DNA from: Sedimentisphaerales bacterium
Lineage (GTDB): Bacteria > Planctomycetota > Phycisphaerae > Sedimentisphaerales > SM23-30
Direction of reading: 5' to 3'
Length of the DNA: 64,000 nt
Assembly: GCA_963663805.2 (NCBI GenBank)
Contig: CAXXMR010000012.1
Coordinates: 96,001-160,000, forward strand
Shown here: positions 1 to 10,136 of the stretch, piece by piece
Numbering within the stretch: position 1 is the first letter of the stretch
How the letters are laid out: the number at the start of each line of letters is the position of its first letter
Position numbers and translations under genes: made by a program
Notes under the pieces: model-generated
The model's database searches: none
Told to the model about the DNA's origin: nothing
Seen by the model: the letters and a program-made list of their open reading frames with translations, nothing else

Positions 1-515
1 CGTTCGTTTATGAGCCGTCCTAGCGCACTGGCCAGGCCGATGCCTTGTTCACAGCCGAGCTTCGCGGCGGCGGATAGTATTTCGGGTGCTTCCTGAGTCA
101 TTCCGAAGCGGCCTTTGTTTAAGGTGTCGCCTACATCTTCGGAGGTCTGGCCGAAACCAGCCATTTCAAAATCGTGGATTCCGCCGGCACCGTTGAGAGC
201 GATGCCGCTGAGGATTCCCCGCTTCATTAAATCTATAATGATGGGCGAGCAGCCGACCTTGATTACATGGGCTCCCATAGCGAAAAATACGGGGCGTCCT
301 TTTTTGACGGCCTGGGCGATAACTTCGGCCAAACCGCGTAACTGCGCGGCGCCGAGAAAATCGGGGAAACTTTCCAGAAACTCCGCGGCAGAAGCTGACG
401 CTTCGGGCAGCTTCGCCAGGGCAGCGACATCGACTTTATGAGAGCGTTGACAGGTCGGGAATGTCTTCAAACCTCTGACGTCTATCGGCTGGTATTTGCC
501 GGGTACCTGCGACAT
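1..515 (-). CDS. Deoxyhypusine synthase-like conserved protein (GSU2086-like), runs off the window start
   Basis: Not in the ORF track; my translation from ATG 515 gives [20 protein letters not shown]...FAMGAHVIKVGCSPIIIDLMKRG...ALNGAGGIHDFE...TSEDV...GRFGM, open to position 1; start overlaps the lpxK 3' end. Confidence 0.65.
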   Translation of the reverse strand, partial: MSQVPGKYQPIDVRGLKTFPTCQRSHKVDVAALAKLPEASASAAEFLESFPDFLGAAQLRGLAEVIAQAVKKGRPVFFAMGAHVIKVGCSPIIIDLMKRGILSGIALNGAGGIHDFEMAGFGQTSEDVGDTLNKGRFGMTQEAPEILSAAAKLGCEQGIGLASALGRLINE

Positions 516-1555
516 AAATCATTTAGCCTTTCTTCGAGCTTATCCTGGCCGTGGCTTATAACCATTTCTACTGACAGGATATACAAATTCAGGTTTTGTA
601 ATTCTGATTCAAACCGTCTTAGCTTGACCCAATCTTTCTCTGTCGTCAAGATATATTCGGCTGGCGTATCCTTGAGCATTCCGATCAATTCATCAACGAC
701 TTTGGGGTCATAAGTCTCATGGTCATTCTTGAATCTCCGGGCGACGACTTCGGCTCCCAGGGCTGTTACGGTTTTTTCAAAGGCTTGGGGGTTGCCCAGT
801 CCGCAAAAAACCGCTACTTTGCGGCCTTTGAGACTATCAAGTTCCGCATTTTCGCCCCGGACCCGTTTCAGTTGGCAGGGCTGGTGCTGGCATTTAACTA
901 AATCTTTTTCCAATCTCGCGGCCTGGCGAGATACTCTGTCAACCTGGTCGGGTTCAGCTATGTCACAGCGGCTCAAGGCCAGTAAGCTGGCCCGTTTCAA
1001 GCCTGTCAAAGATTCCCGCAGTAATCCACGGGGCAGTACCCATCCGTAACCAAATGGGCAGGTCGCGTCTATCATGACCAAATCCAGGTCGCGGGCCAGT
1101 CGGCGATGCTGAAGGCCATCGTCCATAACAATTACATCAGCCTGGTATTTATCAATGGCCTGTCGGGCGGCGGCAACTCTGTCGGAATCAACCACCATGG
1201 CGACATGGGGCAGGGCCTGACGTAAAAGTTTGGTCTCGTCATTATCGCCTGTCGAAGTACCTTTATAACCCCGGCTGACAATTGCGACTTTTCTACCTTG
1301 AGACTGTAAATATCGACAAATCCAGATGACCATCGGGGTTTTGCCCGTGCCGCCCACGGTTATATTACCGACGCATATTACGGGGACAGGCAATACCGCG
1401 TGAGAGAGAATCCCCCAGTCGTAAAGACGATTTCGCAGGGTCATTATTAAAGTATACAGCAACGCCGGGGCGGACAGAATCAGCCGCATCAGCGTTGCTC
1501 GTATACTTTTATCTCGGCCGCTAAGGACCGCTCTACATTTTGGCGATAATCGCAT
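482..1555 (-). CDS. lpxK: Tetraacyldisaccharide 4'-kinase
   Basis: [14 protein letters not shown]-loop, [18 protein letters not shown] and TTEKDWVK motifs. Confidence 0.95.
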   Translation of the reverse strand: MRLSPKCRAVLSGRDKSIRATLMRLILSAPALLYTLIMTLRNRLYDWGILSHAVLPVPVICVGNITVGGTGKTPMVIWICRYLQSQGRKVAIVSRGYKGTSTGDNDETKLLRQALPHVAMVVDSDRVAAARQAIDKYQADVIVMDDGLQHRRLARDLDLVMIDATCPFGYGWVLPRGLLRESLTGLKRASLLALSRCDIAEPDQVDRVSRQAARLEKDLVKCQHQPCQLKRVRGENAELDSLKGRKVAVFCGLGNPQAFEKTVTALGAEVVARRFKNDHETYDPKVVDELIGMLKDTPAEYILTTEKDWVKLRRFESELQNLNLYILSVEMVISHGQDKLEERLNDLCRRYPANTSR

Positions 1556-2606
1556 CAGCCATCTCGCTGGTGCCCACGGCCGTCGGGTCGTCCCGATTGG
1601 GCTTCATATCGTAGGTAACGTCCTTGCCTTCAGCGATGACCGCTGCAACGGCTTTTTCCAGTTTATCGGCTTCGGCCCGGAGGTTCATGTGCCGGAGCAT
1701 CATAACCGCGGAAAGAATCAAAGCGACCGGATTGACCTTGTTAAGGCCTTTGTATTTGGGAGCACTGCCGTGGGTGGCTTCAAAGATGGCCATATCAGTA
1801 CCGATATTGGCACCGGGGGCCATGCCCAAACCACCGACCAGACCGGCACAAAGATCGCTCAGTACATCACCGTAAAGGTTGGGCAGTACGATAACATCGT
1901 AAAGCTCAGGCTTCTGAACCAACTGCATGCACATATTGTCAACGATACGGTCTTCAAATTCGATGTCAGGATTCTTGTGGGCGACTTGGCGGCTGACTTC
2001 CAGCCACAGGCCGTCAGAATACTTCATAATATTGGCTTTGTGAACGCTGGTGACTTTTTTGCGACCATTCTGGCGAGCATAGTCAAAAGCGTACTGCACG
2101 ATACGTTCGGTACCGGTAACCGAAATCGGCTTGATGCTAATGCCTGAGTCGGGACGAATCTTACGGTCGCTGTGTTCATTAACCCAGCCAATGAGTTCCT
2201 TTACCGCGTCAGAGTCCTTCTCGAACTCGATACCGGCGTAAAGGTCTTCGGTGTTTTCACGGACCAGCACCAGGTCAATGTCTTCGTACTTACTGCGTAC
2301 CCCTTCGTAGCTCTTGCAGGGCCGCAAGCATACGTAAAGGTCGTACAACTGCCGCAAATGCACGTTGACACTTCGGAACCCCGTACCGACGGGCGTGGTA
2401 ATCGGGGCCTTGATGGCCAGCCCGTTGGCCTTAACCGAATCCAGTGTCGCCTGCGGCAGCGGCGTACCGGCTGTCTCCATTATATCCACACCGGCTTCCT
2501 GAACGTCCCAATCAATTGCTGCACCTGTGGCATCGACACAACGCCGGGTTGCCTCGGCGATTTCCGGACCAATCCCGTCACCTCTAATTAATGTAACCTT
2601 TTGCAA
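1533..2606 (-). CDS. icd: Isocitrate/isopropylmalate dehydrogenase family, probably isocitrate dehydrogenase
   Basis: [34 protein letters not shown] and EATHGSAP motifs; TTG start at 2606 follows a GAGGTG RBS. Confidence 0.85.
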   Translation of the reverse strand: MQKVTLIRGDGIGPEIAEATRRCVDATGAAIDWDVQEAGVDIMETAGTPLPQATLDSVKANGLAIKAPITTPVGTGFRSVNVHLRQLYDLYVCLRPCKSYEGVRSKYEDIDLVLVRENTEDLYAGIEFEKDSDAVKELIGWVNEHSDRKIRPDSGISIKPISVTGTERIVQYAFDYARQNGRKKVTSVHKANIMKYSDGLWLEVSRQVAHKNPDIEFEDRIVDNMCMQLVQKPELYDVIVLPNLYGDVLSDLCAGLVGGLGMAPGANIGTDMAIFEATHGSAPKYKGLNKVNPVALILSAVMMLRHMNLRAEADKLEKAVAAVIAEGKDVTYDMKPNRDDPTAVGTSEMADAIIAKM

Positions 2607-2672
2607 AATAAGCACCTCTGTTTCCTACGTACCGCAACTAACATAAATTACTACTATCCCTAAAGATTGTGG

Positions 2673-2701
2673 ATGCTACCGCCGATTATGGGTGCTGTCA
2701 A
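2673..2701 (-). promoter_or_regulatory. Sigma70-like promoter for icd-lpxK operon
   Basis: Minus strand TTGACA-17 bp-TAGCAT about 65 bp upstream of icd. Confidence 0.55.
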
Positions 2702-2738
2702 TTAAATTGCCGAATAGCACCTACTGAAGCACAGGGCT

Positions 2739-3554
2739 TTACATACCGGGGATTGTGCCCACCGCCCGGAACTGTCGCGGGGTCATGCTCATCCGTCGTC
2801 TAAAGGCCCGGGCGAAATTGGTGGGCGAGTCAAAGGCCAGCCGGACCGCTATCTCTTTGTTGCTAAGTACTGTCTCTTTAAGGAGATGACAGGCTAACAC
2901 GATTTTTTGCTGCTGGATATAATCCCGCAGAGTGACCCCTACTTGTTCATGGAATATCCGAGAGAGATGCTCGCGTGAGACCTTAAACTCATCGGCCAGG
3001 TCGGTTATCCGAATAGTCTTTTCCAGCGACTCCTGAATCCGCTGACAAATCTGCCGCACCAGCGTATTTTGGATATCGCTGCTTCCCTGAGCCGCCGCGG
3101 TACGCCCCAGGTTCAGCAGTACATCCATAACCATCTGGGCACTGTCGTAGGGCAGCACCTCAAACGTCGTCCCGTCGTACCGTTGATAAGCCGCCAGCCG
3201 CTGCAAATATCGATCGTCTGTGCCCAACTGGTATACCGGCCCAAACCGCCCTGTCAGTTCGCGCATCATCTCGATTGACCGGCCCCCTTCGAAATTCATC
3301 CACAAAAACTCCCATGGTTCTTTGCCGTCTGAGGGATAATAATACGCTGTGGCGGGGTCGCAGACCTGGCAAATAAACACGTCGCCCGGGCTGACCCGAT
3401 GTTCGCCGGCACCATCCCGAAAAACCCCCTGGCCTGAAAGGGTATAGACCAGCAGACCATTCCGCTCATTCTGGCGATACTTGCCCACGTTGCGATATAT
3501 CTCACTCTCAGCCCGCCCCACCGCGAGCATGGTTGCCTGGGGCAGTTCCGCCAT
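2739..3554 (-). CDS. AraC family transcriptional regulator
   Basis: N-terminal cupin-like region and C-terminal double HTH (SREHLSRIF...IAVRLAFDSPTNFARAFRRRMSMTPRQFR); likely start ATG 3554 (ORF track extends to 3680). Confidence 0.9.
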   Translation of the reverse strand: MAELPQATMLAVGRAESEIYRNVGKYRQNERNGLLVYTLSGQGVFRDGAGEHRVSPGDVFICQVCDPATAYYYPSDGKEPWEFLWMNFEGGRSIEMMRELTGRFGPVYQLGTDDRYLQRLAAYQRYDGTTFEVLPYDSAQMVMDVLLNLGRTAAAQGSSDIQNTLVRQICQRIQESLEKTIRITDLADEFKVSREHLSRIFHEQVGVTLRDYIQQQKIVLACHLLKETVLSNKEIAVRLAFDSPTNFARAFRRRMSMTPRQFRAVGTIPGM

Positions 3555-3710
3555 GGGCCGAAACACCCGAAAAGCCACCGTCCAGCATCTGCGTAAAAAA
3601 ATCACAAATTGAGCCTCAATGTCACCTACAGTAATCAGTTTAGTCCTGAAATTACCAAAAAATCGGTTACAATACAACAAGAAAAATTATTACCACCAAG
3701 TCGCAGCACC

Positions 3711-3742
3711 ACACAAAATGAATATAAATCTCACATTGTGAA
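3711..3742 (+). promoter_or_regulatory. Putative AraC-type direct-repeat operator
   Basis: ACACAAAATGAA (3711) and TCACATTGTGAA (3731) are 20 bp apart; a related TCACAAATTGAG lies at 3602; located between the divergent araC and URO-D genes. Confidence 0.4.
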
Positions 3743-3760
3743 AATCCGAAAGGACGAAAA

Positions 3761-4873
3761 ATGCTTCCTTCAGCGTGCAAACTACGCAACACTTACGCTA
3801 TCACACCCAACGCCCCGTTCTACCAGAAGACCTTTGGGCTATCGATGTGCCTGGAGAGCTGGCATGAAAAAGGTCTGGACCGTGGAACCGACCTTAACAA
3901 GCTTTTCGGATTTGACCAGCCCGGCTTCCATAAGGTCGACCAACTGGGCTGGTGCGAAGCGGCTTTCTGTCCGCTTTTTGAAACCAGGCATATCGAATAT
4001 CGCGACGAAAATCATGAAGTCGTTCAGGACAGTGCCGGGCGACATTTGCTGGTTTTCAAAGGTCGTCTTCAGGGCTTTATGCCGGAATACCTCGACCACC
4101 CCGTCAAGGACATGAAAAGCTGGGTTGAAAAGGTTAAATGGCGGCTGGACCCGGCTGCTCCGGGGCGATTTGACAGTCTGGAAAAACGTATGGCAGAAGC
4201 TCAACTCGCTGAGCGAGAGGGGCTTATGATTCAGCAGAATCTCATCGGCGGCTATATGTATCTACGCAGTCTTATCGGGCCGGAACCGCTGCTTTATGCC
4301 TTCTACGATATACCGGACTTGATACATGACTGTATGCAGAGCTGGTTCAATCTCGCTGACGCGGTGATTGCCCGGCATCAGCAATATGTTACTATCGATG
4401 AAATTTTCCTGGCTGAGGACATCTGCTACAACCACGGTGCGTTAATCTCGCCTGATACGATGAAGGAATTTTTGCTGCCCTATTATCAGCAGTTGATTGC
4501 AAATCTGAAAGGTCGCCAGCTCGAGGCGGCGCGTCATCTTTATGTTCAGGTCGATACCGACGGGCTGGCTGGGCCGGTTATCGATATTTATCGGGAAGCT
4601 ATCGGGATGGATGCCATGAGTCCGTTTGAGGTTGCCTCCGGCTGTGATGTCGTAGCGGTCGCGCAGCAATACCCCGACCTGGTTATCAGCGGCGGTATTG
4701 ACAAAAGAGTATTGGCTCAGGATTTGACCGCTATTGACAAGCATCTCGATTATATTCTACCTTACATGCATAAACGGGGCGGATATATACCGACCTGCGA
4801 CCACGGCGTGCCGCCTGAAGTACCCCTGGAAAACTACCTGCATTATCGCAAGCGGTGCCTGGAATACAATTAG
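3761..4873 (+). CDS. Uroporphyrinogen decarboxylase/MtaA-like TIM-barrel protein
   Basis: LRSLIGPEPLLYAFYD.PDLIH, AEDICYNHGALISP, GGIDKRVL and GGYIPTCDHGVPPEVPLENY motifs. Confidence 0.85.
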   Translation: MLPSACKLRNTYAITPNAPFYQKTFGLSMCLESWHEKGLDRGTDLNKLFGFDQPGFHKVDQLGWCEAAFCPLFETRHIEYRDENHEVVQDSAGRHLLVFKGRLQGFMPEYLDHPVKDMKSWVEKVKWRLDPAAPGRFDSLEKRMAEAQLAEREGLMIQQNLIGGYMYLRSLIGPEPLLYAFYDIPDLIHDCMQSWFNLADAVIARHQQYVTIDEIFLAEDICYNHGALISPDTMKEFLLPYYQQLIANLKGRQLEAARHLYVQVDTDGLAGPVIDIYREAIGMDAMSPFEVASGCDVVAVAQQYPDLVISGGIDKRVLAQDLTAIDKHLDYILPYMHKRGGYIPTCDHGVPPEVPLENYLHYRKRCLEYN

Positions 4874-4990
4874 AACCGGTTTAATTACTGGAAAACCGCC
4901 TTACCCCGACCTATGATAACATAATGATGTGAGGGACTAAAAATCCCCTCCCCCGTGAATACATAATAGAATGGGTTTAAGGCGGCTTCC

Positions 4991-6142
4991 GTGTATTTAA
5001 GGCTTCTTATAATAATATTAACCCTGACCATCGTGGGGTGTGACCGCGAGGAGCCGTTTTCTGAGGCGGCTGTGCCTGTAGCCCAGCTCAGGATTAACCA
5101 CAGTTGGCTTACCTATCGCAACAGCCCTGAGCTGAATGGTTACGTTGATGCTGACCTGAGTGACAGGTTTGAGATTGCCTGGACCTTCACCACAGGCGGT
5201 GAGGTTCGAGCTTCGGCGGTCATTTCTGACAATACCGTTTACATTGGTTCCTACGATGGTTTTTTCTACGCCCTTGACCTTGACAGCGGTAGCGAGATAT
5301 GGCGTTTTCAAACCGAGGATATAATCGAAAGCACTGCCTGCATTCGTGAAAATATCTTGTGCTTCGGCTCGGCTGACGGGTATGTCTATGCTCTGGAAAG
5401 AGATAATGGGCGGCTGCTCTGGAAATTCAAGACCAAGGCCAAAATTCTCGGCCCGGTAAACAGCTTCACCGATAGCAACGCTCACGAATATGTAATATTT
5501 GGCAGTTATGACAGCAATCTATACTGTCTGGAGCTTCAAACCGGTGCGGTCAGATGGCAATACGAAGCGGAAAGTTATATCAATGGCGCAGCGACGATTC
5601 GAGCTGGCCAAATTGCCTTTGGCAGCTGCGACGCGAAAATCAGAGTTCTCGCTACGAATGGCCGGCTCATTCGCGAAATTGAAACCGCCGCCTATATCCC
5701 CGGCTCTGTCGTCATGGATGACAATTCAGTTTACGCGGGCAACTACGATAATATTTTTGTTCGTGCCGACCTCGAGAGCGGTGATATTCTCTGGAAGTTT
5801 AAGACTGAATCACCATTTTTCGCTCCGCCGGCGGTATCGGAAAATCGTGTCATTGTCGGCTGCCATGATAACCGACTATATTGCCTCGACAAATCGACTG
5901 GCAAACAACTCTGGTCTTTCACCGCTCAGGATGAAATCAATTCCGCCCCCATTATCTGTCGCGAACGGGTGGTCTGCGGCTGCGATGACGGCAGATTGTA
6001 TATGCTCAATATCAGCAATGGGCAAAAAATCTGGTCCCACAATCTGGGACAGCCTGTCGAGTCCAGCCCCGCTTTAGCTGAGGGGAAGTTAGTGGCGGGC
6101 TGTGACGACGGAAAAATTTACGCCTTTTCGATACCAAAATGA
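4991..6142 (+). CDS. PQQ-like (BamB-type) beta-propeller lipoprotein
   Basis: Hydrophobic N-terminus with lipobox IVGC; repeated GSxDGxxYAL...G...W blades. Confidence 0.85.
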   Translation: MYLRLLIIILTLTIVGCDREEPFSEAAVPVAQLRINHSWLTYRNSPELNGYVDADLSDRFEIAWTFTTGGEVRASAVISDNTVYIGSYDGFFYALDLDSGSEIWRFQTEDIIESTACIRENILCFGSADGYVYALERDNGRLLWKFKTKAKILGPVNSFTDSNAHEYVIFGSYDSNLYCLELQTGAVRWQYEAESYINGAATIRAGQIAFGSCDAKIRVLATNGRLIREIETAAYIPGSVVMDDNSVYAGNYDNIFVRADLESGDILWKFKTESPFFAPPAVSENRVIVGCHDNRLYCLDKSTGKQLWSFTAQDEINSAPIICRERVVCGCDDGRLYMLNISNGQKIWSHNLGQPVESSPALAEGKLVAGCDDGKIYAFSIPK

Positions 6143-6831
6143 AAAATGCCATGATCGAACTAAAAAACATCCACAAACAATATCCCCGCAACAATTCACC
6201 CGCACCGCTGGTGGTCCTGGACAATTTGAACCTGCAAATTTCCGCCGGTGAATCCCTCGCCATCGTCGGTCCTTCCGGCTGCGGCAAATCCACTCTGCTG
6301 CATATCGCCGGGGCTCTCGATGTCCCCACCAGCGGTACAGTTCTGCTGAATAATCGGGACATCTCCCAACTCAACGAAAAACAACGTGCGAATATCCGCA
6401 ACCGCGAAATCGGCTTTATTTTTCAGCTCCATTATCTGTTGCCGCAATGTACCGTACAGGAAAATATTTTGCTGCCGACTCTCGCGAATTCATCCCCTAA
6501 CAATGATCAGGTCGGGCAATACGCCCACCAACTTCTTAAGGCTGTCGAACTGACAGAATTCGCCGATTACCTGCCCGGCCAACTGTCAGGCGGACAACGC
6601 CAACGGGCCGCCGTAGCCCGTGCCCTCATCAATAAACCATCAATCATACTCGCGGATGAACCGACCGGCTCACTCGACGAACATACCGCCGAGACGATAG
6701 GCGAGCTGCTGATTAAGCTTAATTGTGAACATCAGCTTACTTTGCTGGTTGTTACGCATTCGCCGAGTCTGGCGGGGAAAATGAATAGGACATATAAACT
6801 GGCAAATGGACAATTAGAGCTTCACCAATGA
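6139..6831 (+). CDS. ABC transporter ATP-binding protein (LolD/MacB-type)
   Basis: GPSGCGKST, LSGGQRQR, LADEPTGSLD and VTH motifs. Confidence 0.95.
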   Translation: MKNAMIELKNIHKQYPRNNSPAPLVVLDNLNLQISAGESLAIVGPSGCGKSTLLHIAGALDVPTSGTVLLNNRDISQLNEKQRANIRNREIGFIFQLHYLLPQCTVQENILLPTLANSSPNNDQVGQYAHQLLKAVELTEFADYLPGQLSGGQRQRAAVARALINKPSIILADEPTGSLDEHTAETIGELLIKLNCEHQLTLLVVTHSPSLAGKMNRTYKLANGQLELHQ

Positions 6832-9800
6832 AACTTTTTCGGGTAATCAGCGCTGACCTGCGACATTACCGCGCGGCGAATATGGCTATTGCGGCGGCGG
6901 TGGCGGTTTGCGCGGCGGTTTTGCTTGGCGGATTGTTGATTGGCGATTCGGTAAGCTACAGCCTTGGTCGCATCGCCAGACTCCGGCTGGGGCAGACAAG
7001 TCAGGCCCTTTACAAACCTCACGGTTATTTCAGTGACAGTCTGGCCCAACGATTATCTGACAGCCTCAACACTACCGCCGCGGCAGTGCTGTGTCTTGCC
7101 GGGCCTGCGTCTACGCCTGATGATAAGAATTTCATACCGAATATAAATATTTATGGAATTGATGATAATTTTTACAAATTAGCTCTTTCTGATATTCCGC
7201 TGACAAGACCGGGGCCGGGTGAAATAATCATTAACCAGAGAGCCGCGGAAAAACTCCATGTAAAAGCCGGTGACTCGCTTATCATCACCCTGCCCAAACC
7301 AGCCGCCCTGCCGGAGCAGAATGCTTTGGGCAGTCAGAGTAAACGTATCAGACTGAATGTGGCCATCGCCGGCAGCGCAGGTGATGAGGAGATGGGGCGG
7401 TTCAATCTGCACGCGAACCAGAGTATGCCGATTAATGGTTTCGTTGACAGGGTCTGGCTTGAGGAAAAAGTTAATATTCCCGGCCGCGTAAACCTGTGCC
7501 TGCTGGGTGAGACAAAAAATGATAACGCCAATGCCGCACTAGAAAAATCTATTGCTCTTGCTGACCTTGGCTTAAAAATTAGCGCGGAAAATAATATATT
7601 TCGTCTGACTTGTGAATCGGTATTTCTCAATGAGCACATAGCTGACAAAATAGTCGCACTGTATCCTGACGCTGCCGCTATTGTTACTTATTTCGTAAAT
7701 GAAATGTGTAAAGATGGCCTATCCTGTCCCTATTCGATGGTGACAGCTCTGAACACATCGAAGGTGTTACCTAACCTCATTCCCGTTGACCTGCCCCATG
7801 ACCAGATTATTATTACAGACTGGCTGGCTGATGACATTAATGCCCGGAGCGGTGATAAGGTTACGATTAAATATTATGTTCTTACCGATGAGCTGGCCCT
7901 TCGTGAAACTGAACGGTTATTTACGGTCGCAAAAATTATTCCGCTGACAACTGCCGGGCTGAACTTTAGTCTCATGCCGGACTTTCCCGGTTTGAAGGAT
8001 GTCGAAAACTGCCGTGACTGGGATTCGCCGGTGCCTGTTGATTTGTCACTCATTCGTGACAAGGACGAAAAATACTGGAACGATTATCAGGGCACTCCCA
8101 AGGCGCTTGTCAACCTCGCCGCCGGCAAAGAAATGTGGGCTGGTCCTTACGGCAGTCTTACCGAAATACGAATCCCGGCAGAGAAAATCGACAGGGAAAC
8201 CCTTAGTCAAAATATAATTCAGAATATCGACCCCGCTTCGGCTGGCCTCAGGTTTAATGATGTTAAGGCCATCGCCCAAAAGGCTGCGGCTGGTTCGACT
8301 GATTTCGCTCAGCTTTTTCTGGGGCTGAGTATGTTTCTTATCTTTTCGGCGATTATCCTCATCGCTCTTACTTTTATACTCAGTATCGAAAAACGCGTTG
8401 AGCAGCTGGGCATTCTTAAAGCTCTGGGCTATACTAATTGGAGTATCGCTTTTCTGTTCCTCACGGAAGTATTTATACTCGCCTTTGTCGGCAGTGGTGT
8501 GGGTATTATCATTGGTATCGTATACACAAAAATACTTATCTGCTCTCTTACCGCCGGCTGGCAGGACGCTCTGGCAGGAATAGATTTGCATTTCGCTATC
8601 AGTTTTTCCAGCGTGGGGATTACTTTTGCTACGGTAATAATCATCAGTTGGGGGGTATCGACTTTGGCCCTGCGGAAAATTTTAGGCAACTCCGCGGTCA
8701 GTCTGCTCAATCGGCAAATTCAATGGCAATACTTTTTGTCATCTGGGCCCAATAAAGAAACTCACCGATCACACCGAATGGTTATTGGGGTTGTTTTTGT
8801 CATTAGCACGGCAATAATCTATCTGGGCCAAGCTCAAATGATTCCCACTACAGCGGCTTTTTTCGCAGGTGGAGCCTTACTGTTGCTAAGCCTGATTTTC
8901 ATGGTTCTTGATTTGCTTGACAATTCGACCCATTGCCGGCATTTTCAATTACGCAACAGCTTTACTTTGGCTGTCAAAAATTCCGCCCTGCGGCTGGGCC
9001 GGTCATTGAGCGTTATCGCGTTAATCGCTGTCGGCACTTTTACTATTGTCGCGGTGAGTGCCAATCGCCTTGGCCCACCCGCTGACCCACATTCGCGAAA
9101 TTCCGGCACCGGTGGATTTGCCCTGTGGGGCAGTTCGTCTCTGCCGGTCAGACATAATCTTAATACTTCTGCCGGTCGCGGACAGTTGGGCTTTAGCGAC
9201 AACGAACTTGTCGGATTTGAGTTTATTAATTTCCGGGAATATCAAGGTGACCAGGCAGACTGCCTCAATCTTAACCGGCCGCAGCGTCCGACAATTCTTG
9301 GTGTTGACTATGAACGGCTAGCGAAACTGCAAGCCTTTGCTTTTAACTTTCCCGCCGCCAACTCTATAAATCCCTGGCAGCTGCTCCAGGACGATAATCC
9401 GGATGATAATATAATCCCCGCTATCGCTGATTACGCTACGGTTCACTGGTCACTTCATAAAAATATTGGTGACACTGTTGAATACCATAACCATTCCGGT
9501 CGTCCGCTTAAACTGAAAATTGTCGCCACCCTCAGCGGTTCAGTCTTTCAGGGGGCACTTATTATTTCTCAGCGGTCGTTTGTCAGGTGTTTCCCGGATA
9601 TGGCGGGGTTTCGCACCTTTCTTATTGATATAGACAATCCCTCTCCGGAAAAAATCCGACAAATGTCCAGTCTACTCGATAGTCGGTTACGTGATTACGG
9701 CTTTGTGAGCCAGAGAACTAGCGCCCGGCTGGGGGAATTTCAATCGGTCCAGAATACCTATCTGACAATTTTCCAGATGTTGGGCACTTTGGGGATGATT

Positions 9801-10136
9801 CTGGGTACTATTGGGCTAGCGGTTATCGTCATTCGCAATGTATGCGACCGGCGGGGTGAATTTGCTCTGCTCTGGGCGTTGGGCTTTACCAATCGGCAAC
9901 TTATCAATATAATATTTCTCGAAAACCTGATATTGCTGATTTGCGGCTGTGTCATCGGTCTGATTAGTGCATTGGTGGCGGTTTATCCTGCCCTTGCTCA
10001 GTCCGGCAGTGGAATACCAAGTATGGCCCTGACAATAACTTTATTGACCATCATCCTAAGCGGAACCCTGTGGACACGGCTGGCGGCCTGGTGGACCTTG
10101 AAATCTAACCCGCTGGACAACTTGCGAAATGAATAA
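6828..10136 (+). CDS. Large duplicated FtsX/MacB-type ABC permease
   Basis: Two repeats of TM-large periplasmic domain-3TM (LGILKALGY; RRGEFALLWALGF); 1102 aa; ATGA overlap with the ATPase. Confidence 0.9.
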   Translation: MKLFRVISADLRHYRAANMAIAAAVAVCAAVLLGGLLIGDSVSYSLGRIARLRLGQTSQALYKPHGYFSDSLAQRLSDSLNTTAAAVLCLAGPASTPDDKNFIPNINIYGIDDNFYKLALSDIPLTRPGPGEIIINQRAAEKLHVKAGDSLIITLPKPAALPEQNALGSQSKRIRLNVAIAGSAGDEEMGRFNLHANQSMPINGFVDRVWLEEKVNIPGRVNLCLLGETKNDNANAALEKSIALADLGLKISAENNIFRLTCESVFLNEHIADKIVALYPDAAAIVTYFVNEMCKDGLSCPYSMVTALNTSKVLPNLIPVDLPHDQIIITDWLADDINARSGDKVTIKYYVLTDELALRETERLFTVAKIIPLTTAGLNFSLMPDFPGLKDVENCRDWDSPVPVDLSLIRDKDEKYWNDYQGTPKALVNLAAGKEMWAGPYGSLTEIRIPAEKIDRETLSQNIIQNIDPASAGLRFNDVKAIAQKAAAGSTDFAQLFLGLSMFLIFSAIILIALTFILSIEKRVEQLGILKALGYTNWSIAFLFLTEVFILAFVGSGVGIIIGIVYTKILICSLTAGWQDALAGIDLHFAISFSSVGITFATVIIISWGVSTLALRKILGNSAVSLLNRQIQWQYFLSSGPNKETHRSHRMVIGVVFVISTAIIYLGQAQMIPTTAAFFAGGALLLLSLIFMVLDLLDNSTHCRHFQLRNSFTLAVKNSALRLGRSLSVIALIAVGTFTIVAVSANRLGPPADPHSRNSGTGGFALWGSSSLPVRHNLNTSAGRGQLGFSDNELVGFEFINFREYQGDQADCLNLNRPQRPTILGVDYERLAKLQAFAFNFPAANSINPWQLLQDDNPDDNIIPAIADYATVHWSLHKNIGDTVEYHNHSGRPLKLKIVATLSGSVFQGALIISQRSFVRCFPDMAGFRTFLIDIDNPSPEKIRQMSSLLDSRLRDYGFVSQRTSARLGEFQSVQNTYLTIFQMLGTLGMILGTIGLAVIVIRNVCDRRGEFALLWALGFTNRQLINIIFLENLILLICGCVIGLISALVAVYPALAQSGSGIPSMALTITLLTIILSGTLWTRLAAWWTLKSNPLDNLRNE

